Program-made: the position numbers and the translations under genes
The notes under the pieces: model-generated
Seen by the model: only the letters and a program-made list of their open reading frames with translations
The model's database searches: none
What the model was told of the DNA's origin: nothing
In this document: piece after piece, positions 18,860-26,939 of the stretch
Layout of the letters: every line of letters begins with the position of its first letter
Position numbering within the stretch: the stretch's first letter is position 1
Assembly (NCBI GenBank): GCA_009873655.1
Contig: WAIB01000001.1
Location: forward strand, 2,237-66,236
Source of the DNA: Nitrospinota bacterium
GTDB lineage: Bacteria > Nitrospinota > Nitrospinia > Nitrospinales > VA-1
DNA: 64,000 bases
Direction of reading: 5' to 3'

Positions 18860-19609
18860 TTATCCCCTGGTACCGATACCCATCACAAACTGGTTATTTC
18901 GAACCGCATCGAAATACATTATCTCAAACTGGTCCCTGTCAACGTCTTCGATGCTCTCAAGAAATGCAAATTTTCCTTTCACCTGCAACGCAACCTTGTT
19001 GCACATTTCCAATCCACATGAAATATCGTGAGTGGTCATTAAAATGGTTCGATGCCGGTCATGCAGTTTTTTAAGATGCTCTTTCAGCACATTCGAAGCA
19101 TGAAGATCCAGGCCTGTAAAAGGCTCATCCAAAAATAGAATTTTTGGATCATGAAGAATGGCCCTGGCTATAGACAAACGCTGGAGCATGCCACGGGAGA
19201 AAGTTCTTACCCGGTCATTTCTCCTCTGACTCAACCCTACTTCATCAATGGCTTTTAAAGACCTGTCTTGAGGCTCTTCTAGGCCATGCATTTTTGCCAG
19301 AAACATCAGGTTTTCCAGGGGAGTCAGGTCGGCGTACAGGCAGGTTGAATGGGAAATCACCCCTATCTCCTTGCGCATTTCGGGGTTGCCTTCAGAAACA
19401 TCAAACCCCGCCACTTTAGCGGTCCCAGAGGTTGGTTTTGTCAGCCCGGAAAGGATTTTAATCAGGGTCGTTTTTCCCGCACCATTCGGACCAAATATGG
19501 TTAAGAACTCACCTTGCTTCAATTCAAGATCAATTCCATCGACAGCCTTTATCACGCCAAAGGCTTTTCGTAAGTGCCGGACCTCCAATGCATTTTCATG
19601 GGATTCCAT
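18860..19609 (-). CDS. ccmA: cytochrome c biogenesis ABC transporter ATPase CcmA
   Basis: Walker A GPNGAGKTT, signature FSRGMLQR, Walker B LFLDEPFTGLD. Operon context. Confidence 0.85.
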   Translation of the reverse strand: MESHENALEVRHLRKAFGVIKAVDGIDLELKQGEFLTIFGPNGAGKTTLIKILSGLTKPTSGTAKVAGFDVSEGNPEMRKEIGVISHSTCLYADLTPLENLMFLAKMHGLEEPQDRSLKAIDEVGLSQRRNDRVRTFSRGMLQRLSIARAILHDPKILFLDEPFTGLDLHASNVLKEHLKKLHDRHRTILMTTHDISCGLEMCNKVALQVKGKFAFLESIEDVDRDQFEIMYFDAVRNNQFVMGIGTRG

Positions 19610-19632
19610 TTAGCTGGCCTGGGAGGGGGAAA

Positions 19633-19953
19633 TCATCGGGCGGACTTGGCTTTTTTTCGACCCTGTTCTAACTGGTCCAACCGTTCAATTATCTCGTTGG
19701 CTTCCGCTTCAAGTTTTTTTCGAAGGTCCTGGTAATCCGAGTTTGAAATTTTTTCAGCACTGAGATCAAACTCAAGTTCCTTTATTGAAATCAGGGTCTC
19801 CTCTTTCCGTACCAACAGATGTTTATATTCATCGTTTTCGGGATTAACAACCTCCACCAGCTTTTTATACTGGAACTTGCCAAATAGAGGTATTCCCACA
19901 AGAAGCAGGACAGCTACCACGAAAATCAGTTCTAAGAAGTGGACAAACTCCAT
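19633..19953 (-). CDS. hypothetical membrane-anchored coiled-coil protein within the ccm operon (orf106)
   Basis: One N-terminal TM helix followed by a charged helical region. Flanked at 2 nt and 23 nt by ccmH-like and ccmA. Confidence 0.5.
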   Translation of the reverse strand: MEFVHFLELIFVVAVLLLVGIPLFGKFQYKKLVEVVNPENDEYKHLLVRKEETLISIKELEFDLSAEKISNSDYQDLRKKLEAEANEIIERLDQLEQGRKKAKSAR

Positions 19954-19955
19954 TC

Positions 19956-20438
19956 CTATAACTCAATCCCATCTAATTCATCCTGCAGTCTTTTGGAATA
20001 TTTTCCAGGTGTTGCAGATTCTATTTCATCTTCATCCCGGGTATCTGTCATCTGTTTTTTCCCAACCCAGGAGTTAATAATTTTTTTAACGCCAACACCC
20101 CCTGCAATCAGAGCAACAAACGGCATGACCCAGGCTGTAAGGTTGAAACCAAATTTGGTTGGAGCTGACAAAACGGTTTCGCCATATTCATCAACCTGGG
20201 ATTTTATAATCTGTTCAACCGTCAATCCCGATTCCAGCATTTTGGTAAATTTAGCCCGGGTTTTGTCGGAGGTGGAGCAGGTACAGTTTATTAACACCTT
20301 GCCGCACTTGTCATCGCATTTACACATTAGAGCATTCTCTAAATCCTGCAGCAGGGAACCCGCAAACGTAACGGCAGGAGAACAGGCTATTAACCATCCT
20401 GCAATTACAATGCTGAAAATGGATCTCGATAAAGACAT
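19956..20438 (-). CDS. ccmH: CcmH/NrfF-like cytochrome c biogenesis protein with a non-canonical Cys cluster
   Basis: Aligns by eye to the E. coli CcmH N-domain (signal sequence, Cys region, YGETVLSAP, C-terminal TM helix). Carries CKCDDKCGKVLINCTC where RCxxC is expected. Confidence 0.65.
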   Translation of the reverse strand: MSLSRSIFSIVIAGWLIACSPAVTFAGSLLQDLENALMCKCDDKCGKVLINCTCSTSDKTRAKFTKMLESGLTVEQIIKSQVDEYGETVLSAPTKFGFNLTAWVMPFVALIAGGVGVKKIINSWVGKKQMTDTRDEDEIESATPGKYSKRLQDELDGIEL

Positions 20439-20440
20439 TT

Positions 20441-22456
20441 TTACTCCTGTGCGGGAGAGGGAAACAGCAACTCCTCTCTGCGAAAACGTTCCAGGCGGCG
20501 CCTTTGCTCAAGCCGGTCAGGCCACATGGAAATCATCGTACCAAACGCAATGATCCATCCCCCTGTCCACATCCAACTCACCATGGGATTCACATAAACT
20601 TTTATAGTTGCCGACTCATCTTCCCGGAAGTCCGCGAGAATCATGTACAAATCTTCTTTCCATGTGGAAAGCACATCCACCTCCGATACCGGTTGATTCT
20701 GTCCTTTATAAAATTCTTTTTCCGGTTTCGCTGTCCAGTAATGGCTGCCGTTTCTTTCAACTTGAAGCTGGGCAATGATTCGTGTTTTGACATTCGTCGC
20801 TTCTATTGCAACCAGTTTTTCATACGTGATATCGTATCCCCTGATTTTAAAGCTTTCTCCCGGGTTAAGATGCTTTTCAATATGGGTTCCATATGCCTGT
20901 GACCCGGCGATACCCGCAAAAATCAGAACCACCCCGATATGAACAATATAACCCCCATACCGTCTTTTATTACGCCATGTAACCGTTGTTAATGCCCCCA
21001 GGACCGACTCCTCATGCAACCCCATTCTGGAAGCGGTCCCTTTATAAAATTCTATAATGATGCAGGCCATAACAAACACACATAAAACAAAGGTGGCATA
21101 GGTGTAAATTTCAGTCCTGCTTCCTAAAGGAATAACAGGTAACAGGGCAATCGCTGCGACAAAGGCCGCGGCCAGGGGTTTTAAAAAGTTTTTCTTCAAG
21201 TTTGACAGAGTCGCCCGACGCCAGGCGATGACCGGCCCAATACCGATGAGCGCCAATAAGGCGAGGCCAATCGGAACATTGACCTGATTATAGAATGGCG
21301 GGCCTACTGTAATTTTTATCCCACGCACGGCTTCCGAAATAATTGGAAAAATAGTTCCCCAGAAAGTTGCAAAAGCAATCCCCAGCAAAACCAGATTGTT
21401 AAAAAGAAAACTGCTCTCACGCGATAAAAATGAGTCCAGTTGATTTTTACTTTTCAACAGAGGGAGACGACTGATGATCAAAGCTATACAGGCCAAAAGT
21501 ATAACGAAAAGAAATGCGAGAAAATAATAACCCAAGGTAGCTTCATCAAAAGTATGCACAGACTGGATAAGACCACTCCGGGTAATGAAGGTTCCAAAAA
21601 TAGTCATCACAAAAGTAAGGAGAATCAAAGACATATTCCAGACTTTCATCATGTCCTTTTTTTCCTGGATCATTATGGAATGCAAAAACGCGGTTGCAAT
21701 CAGCAGGGGCATGAAAGCGGCATTTTCCACCGGATCCCAGGCCCAGTAGCCACCCCATCCTAATTCGACATAGGCCCAGGAAGCTCCAAATAAATTTCCC
21801 ATGCAAAGGAAAAACCAGGAGATCAGCGTCCACTTTCTGGTCAGTCGAATCCATCCATCATCCAGGTTTTTGCTGATCAATGCCGCCACCGCAAAAGCAA
21901 AAGGAACGGTGAAGCCAACGTAACCTAAATATAAAGTTGGGGGATGAATAACCATCCAGTAATTCTGTAGAAGCGGGTTCAAACCACGGCCATCTTCAGG
22001 AGGCAAAGGGATGCGCTCAAATGGGTTGGTCGAGAAATTAATCAGGAAAAGAAAAAAAACAATGATGACCAGCAATACGGCCATCGCATAGGGAACAACG
22101 CGAAGGTTGGTTTTACGGTTTTGAAAATGCACCACAACCGTATAGGTCGTGAGGAGTAATGTCCAAAACAAAAGGGAACCTTTTTGGCCTCCCCAGAATG
22201 ACGCTATTTTATAAAACGTGTCTAGCTCTATATTCGAATAAGCCCACACATACTGGAGGCTGAAATCATTGGTAAGAAATGCCTTCCACAAACAAATGGA
22301 AGAAATTAAAACACAACCCCATACAATCAGTGGAGTTTTATCCGCACTCAGGTAGAGGTCTATCCGGTTTCCACGTACCGCCATGACATAAGAAACACAA
22401 CCGTAAATAGCCGTTGCCAATGCCACAAGTAATGTAAATTCACCAATATCATTCAT
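20441..22456 (-). CDS. ccmF: cytochrome c haem lyase subunit CcmF
   Basis: WWD domain WGGYWAWDPVEN. About 670 aa, polytopic. Confidence 0.9.
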   Translation of the reverse strand: MNDIGEFTLLVALATAIYGCVSYVMAVRGNRIDLYLSADKTPLIVWGCVLISSICLWKAFLTNDFSLQYVWAYSNIELDTFYKIASFWGGQKGSLLFWTLLLTTYTVVVHFQNRKTNLRVVPYAMAVLLVIIVFFLFLINFSTNPFERIPLPPEDGRGLNPLLQNYWMVIHPPTLYLGYVGFTVPFAFAVAALISKNLDDGWIRLTRKWTLISWFFLCMGNLFGASWAYVELGWGGYWAWDPVENAAFMPLLIATAFLHSIMIQEKKDMMKVWNMSLILLTFVMTIFGTFITRSGLIQSVHTFDEATLGYYFLAFLFVILLACIALIISRLPLLKSKNQLDSFLSRESSFLFNNLVLLGIAFATFWGTIFPIISEAVRGIKITVGPPFYNQVNVPIGLALLALIGIGPVIAWRRATLSNLKKNFLKPLAAAFVAAIALLPVIPLGSRTEIYTYATFVLCVFVMACIIIEFYKGTASRMGLHEESVLGALTTVTWRNKRRYGGYIVHIGVVLIFAGIAGSQAYGTHIEKHLNPGESFKIRGYDITYEKLVAIEATNVKTRIIAQLQVERNGSHYWTAKPEKEFYKGQNQPVSEVDVLSTWKEDLYMILADFREDESATIKVYVNPMVSWMWTGGWIIAFGTMISMWPDRLEQRRRLERFRREELLFPSPAQE

Positions 22457-22522
22457 GAGAAAAAACGAAAGTTGATATCCCCTGGCTTATGGAAATATCT
22501 TATCTAGAAATTAAATGGAAGG

Positions 22523-23011
22523 TCAAATGGTTGTCTTCGGCAAGGAGCCGGCTTTCTTCAGGCCGGGCTCTTTATATTTATCGGTACCCAGGGTTCCTGG
22601 ATGCATTTTTCCTGCCTCTTTTTCTGCCTCATATTTTGAAGGGCAACTGGTCAGCAGAGTGTTGGCATGAAAGACACCATCCTCCCCCAATGTACCTTCC
22701 ACAACCACCTCCCGGCCATCGGCAAACATGTCAGGTGTGACCCCTTTATAGGCTACTTTTAAAGAGGAATCCTTTTCCTCAATAGAAAAACTCACATTTA
22801 AATAATCATTGGGGTCCCTTTGAATGGAGCCGTTTACCACATTACCTTTAACCTTTAACCCGGAGCCTGCGTAGGATACTTTCTGGCTGAGTAATTCATC
22901 AACGGTAAAAAAATACTGCGAGGTATTGCTGATTCCCATTGTGATCAAATACCCAATCGCGCCAACAATCAACAAGCTGCCCACCAAAAATCTCACTTTT
23001 TTCTGCTTCAT
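22523..23011 (-). CDS. ccmE: haem chaperone CcmE, CxxxY variant
   Basis: N-terminal anchor and an OB-fold region (LKVKGNVVNGSIQRDP). CPSKY (codons 123-127) sits where E. coli has HDENY. Confidence 0.85.
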   Translation of the reverse strand: MKQKKVRFLVGSLLIVGAIGYLITMGISNTSQYFFTVDELLSQKVSYAGSGLKVKGNVVNGSIQRDPNDYLNVSFSIEEKDSSLKVAYKGVTPDMFADGREVVVEGTLGEDGVFHANTLLTSCPSKYEAEKEAGKMHPGTLGTDKYKEPGLKKAGSLPKTTI

Positions 23012-23068
23012 AATAGGTTGTAATCCTTTGGAAAAAGGTAATATTCATAATCATTTAAGGCTTTTTTC

Positions 23069-23098
23069 ATAGTAGCATCAGAAATTTGGGCTTGTCAA
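23069..23098 (-). promoter_or_regulatory. putative sigma70-type promoter of the ccm operon
   Basis: The minus strand reads TTGACA-18 nt-TACTAT, about 55 nt upstream of the ccmE ATG. Confidence 0.4.
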
Positions 23099-23409
23099 AG
23101 CAAATCCATTGAAATCGAAAGGGATATTAAGCAGATTCTTGCCCGTAGAATCCGGAAAGCACATGCACAATATATACTATATATAATGAACAAACTCAAA
23201 AGTTCCGGGCCTGAACTCCGTATTTTCGAATCTCCGCCATACCCGCTCATTCAGCACCCCCCCTTACCTGAAAGTGTCAAATAAAATTCCCCGGATAAAC
23301 ACCCCGGATCTGCTGACAATCTCCTAATTGATTTGAGAAAACCCTGTTTTAATAAAAGTTTATACGATTTTTCCCGCCGTGAAATTAGCCGTTTTTACCG
23401 CATTTTGGG

Positions 23410-23462
23410 TTGACAGTTTGTCGGGTTGTGTTAGGATTGTGTACTAAAGTGTCTTAAAATGT
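23410..23462 (+). promoter_or_regulatory. putative dcw (Pmra-like) promoter overlapped by phased GTGT repeats (candidate MraZ operator)
   Basis: TTGACA (23410) -16 nt- TAGGAT (23432). TTGTGT sits at 23426 and 23437, AAGTGT at 23447, AAATGT at 23457, giving a 10-11 nt period. Confidence 0.4.
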
Positions 23463-23502
23463 AATTTTTTGTCACTTTCCGATAAACCCGTAGGCACGGC
23501 AA

Positions 23503-23889
23503 ATGAGCAGTTTTTTAGGAACCTACAATATCAGTTTGGATGAAAAAGGCCGATTTAATGTTCCCGCTAAATTCAGAGGAACATTGGAGCAGTCGGGTCC
23601 ACAATTGGTGGTGTGTGCCATGGAACCCTTTCTCGTTGTCTTCCCGCAGAAAGAATGGGCTGAAAATGAAGAAAAGTTAAGCTCTCTGAATGCGTTTGAC
23701 ATAGAAGACCGCACCCGACTGCGGGAATTTTATTCCCGTGCAACAGATTGTGAAATGAAGTCCGGAAAAATTTTATTACCTCTTAACTTGAGAGAAATCG
23801 CCGGACTCAAGAAAGAAGCCGTGCTTGTAGGAATGTCCAAAACTTTTGAAATCTGGTCTCCCGAAAGATGGGAAAAACAGGGAGGCTGA
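23503..23889 (+). CDS. mraZ: transcriptional regulator MraZ
   Basis: FLGTYNISLDEKGRFNVPAKFR and a second SpoVT/AbrB-like repeat. First gene of the dcw cluster. Confidence 0.9.
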   Translation: MSSFLGTYNISLDEKGRFNVPAKFRGTLEQSGPQLVVCAMEPFLVVFPQKEWAENEEKLSSLNAFDIEDRTRLREFYSRATDCEMKSGKILLPLNLREIAGLKKEAVLVGMSKTFEIWSPERWEKQGG

Positions 23890-23943
23890 AAAAAAACGAG
23901 ACAACATAGAATCCATTCATAACCGGATCGTCTCGACAAAATC

Positions 23944-24882
23944 ATGCCAAAGTACCACGAATCGATAATGAAAAATGAAGTTCTTCATTATCTGAATATT
24001 CACATGGAGGGTGTAATCGTGGATGGCACATTAGGGGATGGAGGACATGCGGAATTCATCCTCAAAAACACAGGGCCAAAAACCACCATACTCGGTATTG
24101 ACCGTGACAGGTCTGCCATTGAACGGGCTACGGAAAGGCTTCGACCTTTCAAAGGCAGGGTGACCCTGGTTCACGGTTCAATGGAAAACCTGCAAGAGCT
24201 TGCAGAGAGATCCGGCGTAACAAAAATAAGCGGATTGCTGTTCGACTTTGGTGTCTCCTCCCCCCAGCTTGACACTCCTGAACGCGGGTTCAGCATTCAA
24301 AATGATGGGCCTCTCGACATGAGAATGGACAGCTCGCAAACAACAACAGCGGCAAACCTTCTTGAAAAACTTAAGGACGAGGAATTGGCTTCCATAATAA
24401 AAAATTTTGGGGAAGAACGCTTCGCGAAGAAAATTGTTCGCGCCATTCGCAAAGAACAGGAAGAAAGACCTGTCACCACGACCTCTCAATTATCAAAAAT
24501 CATTTCGGGTGTGGTTAAAAGTAAAAAGCAATCCAGGATTCATCCTGCGACAAAGACCTTTCAGGCATTGCGCATTGCAGTGAACAATGAACTGGAACAA
24601 ATTAAAACCGCTTTAAAAAGCGCAATTCATCTTCTCGATAATTCTGCGCGCATTGTGGCTATCTCATTTCATTCACTGGAAGATCGCATTGTTAAAACAT
24701 TTTTCAGGGAAGAAGAAAAGGGCTGTGTTTGCCCGCCTAAAACTCCAATCTGTATTTGCGGCAAAAAACAAACTTTAAAAATTCTTACGCGCCGTCCTGT
24801 CTGCCCGTCTGAAGAAGAGGTTGCTTTAAACCCCAGGTCGGTCAGCGCAAAATTAAGGGTTGCGGAAAGGGTCTATGTTTGA
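23944..24882 (+). CDS. rsmH: 16S rRNA (cytosine1402-N4)-methyltransferase
   Basis: DGTLGDGGH, DFGVSSPQLD and ISFHSLEDR motifs. Confidence 0.9.
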   Translation: MPKYHESIMKNEVLHYLNIHMEGVIVDGTLGDGGHAEFILKNTGPKTTILGIDRDRSAIERATERLRPFKGRVTLVHGSMENLQELAERSGVTKISGLLFDFGVSSPQLDTPERGFSIQNDGPLDMRMDSSQTTTAANLLEKLKDEELASIIKNFGEERFAKKIVRAIRKEQEERPVTTTSQLSKIISGVVKSKKQSRIHPATKTFQALRIAVNNELEQIKTALKSAIHLLDNSARIVAISFHSLEDRIVKTFFREEEKGCVCPPKTPICICGKKQTLKILTRRPVCPSEEEVALNPRSVSAKLRVAERVYV

Positions 24883-25192
24883 AAAACCTCGTCAATTGAT
24901 TGAAGGGCGGTTTTATATTTCTCCGAAAGGTTTCCGGATGATTTTTCTGGTCTCCGTCCTAATGATGCTCGCGGCACTGGCGATCGTTTGGCCCAACGTC
25001 AGGAAGGTAAAGCTTTCCTACGACTATCAAACTCTTGCTGCCGAGCGGGAGGAGCTTTTAAGCGAAAACCATCTCCTGCGTCTTGAAAGAGAAAGTCTTC
25101 AATCGCTTTATCGAATTCAGGAACTTGCCAAAAATGAAGTCGGGATGATCGAACCCGAAAAAGGGCAAATAACCACTATTTTTTTAAAGTAA
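24875..25192 (+). CDS. ftsL: cell division protein FtsL-like
   Basis: Small bitopic protein (TM helix plus leucine-rich coiled coil) lying between rsmH and ftsI. ATG 24875 is preferred to the tracked TTG 24860. Confidence 0.6.
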   Translation: MFEKPRQLIEGRFYISPKGFRMIFLVSVLMMLAALAIVWPNVRKVKLSYDYQTLAAEREELLSENHLLRLERESLQSLYRIQELAKNEVGMIEPEKGQITTIFLK

Positions 25193-25196
25193 GGCT

Positions 25197-26939
25197 ATGT
25201 CAAACAATAAAAACCAGGGCTCCTTTAGAAATATAGTTAAGACCCGATTGATTTTTGTATCTGTCCTGCTATTCCTTTTCGCGGTTTCTTTGATAGCGCG
25301 GCTTGCGGACTTGCAAATCGTTCAACACGAAGCCCTTCTGGCGAAATCCGAAAAACAACCGCATCATGGCAGCCTGAAAACGTATCTGGGTCGGGGAAGT
25401 ATTTTTGATCGCAATGGAAATGAATTGGCGACCAACCTTAAAGTTGAATCTGTGTTCGTGGTGCCTCAAGAAGTGCGGGATAGAAAGTATACCTCAAAGG
25501 TTCTCGCTTTTGCCTTGAAGCAAAACTACAACCGGGTCTACAGAGAAGTATCTTCAAATAAAAAATTCGCATGGATCAAAAGGAAGGCTTCCGCAGATGA
25601 AATAGCCCATCTGAAAAAACTGGCGCTTTCAGGTGTGGGGTTTCGTTCGGAGCAAAAAAGGTTCTACCCGAAACGTGAATTGGCGGCAAATGTTATCGGG
25701 TTTGTGGGCACAGATGACCTGGGCCTGGCTGGCATCGAGCATACCTATCAGGAAAAACTGAAAGGAATCGTCTATTCACAACCCATAGAGCAGGATGGCA
25801 AGGGAAGGAAAATTCAAAACCTGGGAAATTTAACCCGCTCCAATCTTGGCAATTACGACTTGATGCTCACGCTGGATGAGGTAATTCAATTCACCGCGGA
25901 ATACCATTTAAAAAATCAGGTGGAAAGATACAGGGCGGATTCGGGAATGGCTGTTGTGATGGATCCCAATTCCGGGGAAATTTACGCCATGGCCAACGTT
26001 CCGCAATTCAATCCAAACAATTTCAATGAATTTACTCCTGAAACTCGAAAAAATAATACTGTTGTAAGTTCTTACGAACCGGGTTCCATTTTCAAGCCCA
26101 TTGTTGCTGCGGCAGCTTTGGACAAAGGTATTGCCCAGCCTCACGATAAATTCTTCTGTGAAAATGGAAATTTCAAAATTGGGGGAAAGCAGATTGGCGA
26201 AGCTTCCGATCACAGGTTCGGTTATCTCACCATGCGGGAAATAATTTCCAAATCGAGCAACATTGGCGCCATAAAAATTGCCCAGAAACTGGGAAAGGAA
26301 TCATTTTATGAATACATCAGGAAGTTTGGCTTTGGGCAAAAGACCGGCGTCCGGCTCCCTGGAGCATCTTCAGGACTGTTAGGAAAAAAACAGGATTGGA
26401 ATGAGTTCTCCCTGGCATCCATATCCTTTGGGCATGAAATCGCTGTCACACCATTGCAAATGGTCGTCGCTCTGAGCGCTATCGCTAACGGCGGGACTCT
26501 TATGGAACCCCATATAACAAAAGCATTGATGCGAGATGGAAAAGTAGTGAAAGAAATCAAGCCAAAGAAAATCCGACGTGTTGTTTCCGAAAAAACAAGC
26601 CGGCAGATGATGGAGATATTAAAGTTTGTAGTTAAAGATGGGACAGGTAAAAAAGCCGCCGTAGATGGTTTTGATATCGCAGGTAAAACCGGGACCGCGC
26701 AAAAATACAATACCGAAACACGGTCTTATTCTAAAACAGAGTTTATTTCTTCTTTTATCGGTTACGCGCCCGCAGATGCTCCCAGGCTGGTGATTCTGGT
26801 GATGATCGACAACCCGAAAAAACTTCATTGGGGAGGGGTGGTCGCGGCTCCGGTATTTCGGGAAATTGCTAAAAAATCATTACGCTATTTAAATGTTCCT
26901 TCAAGCAAAGAACGTGTGTTTATTCTTGATCGCGCCTAA
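25197..26939 (+). CDS. ftsI: peptidoglycan D,D-transpeptidase FtsI (PBP3 class)
   Basis: N-terminal anchor and PBP dimerisation region. Transpeptidase motifs SIFKP (SxxK), SSN and KTGTA. Confidence 0.9.
   Translation: MSNNKNQGSFRNIVKTRLIFVSVLLFLFAVSLIARLADLQIVQHEALLAKSEKQPHHGSLKTYLGRGSIFDRNGNELATNLKVESVFVVPQEVRDRKYTSKVLAFALKQNYNRVYREVSSNKKFAWIKRKASADEIAHLKKLALSGVGFRSEQKRFYPKRELAANVIGFVGTDDLGLAGIEHTYQEKLKGIVYSQPIEQDGKGRKIQNLGNLTRSNLGNYDLMLTLDEVIQFTAEYHLKNQVERYRADSGMAVVMDPNSGEIYAMANVPQFNPNNFNEFTPETRKNNTVVSSYEPGSIFKPIVAAAALDKGIAQPHDKFFCENGNFKIGGKQIGEASDHRFGYLTMREIISKSSNIGAIKIAQKLGKESFYEYIRKFGFGQKTGVRLPGASSGLLGKKQDWNEFSLASISFGHEIAVTPLQMVVALSAIANGGTLMEPHITKALMRDGKVVKEIKPKKIRRVVSEKTSRQMMEILKFVVKDGTGKKAAVDGFDIAGKTGTAQKYNTETRSYSKTEFISSFIGYAPADAPRLVILVMIDNPKKLHWGGVVAAPVFREIAKKSLRYLNVPSSKERVFILDRA

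Noticed and set aside
19939-20553. A 204-aa + strand ORF covering the whole ccmH-like gene on the opposite strand.
   Set aside because: The ccmH-like frame has family-like architecture and tight operon spacing. The antisense product is Ser/Pro-rich with no motif and no RBS.
23012-23409. A hidden gene or ncRNA in the long ccmE-mraZ divergent spacer (for example the 32-codon ORF at 23187).
   Set aside because: It contains only very short ORFs without an RBS. I recognise no conserved structure. It is best explained as two divergent promoter and leader regions.
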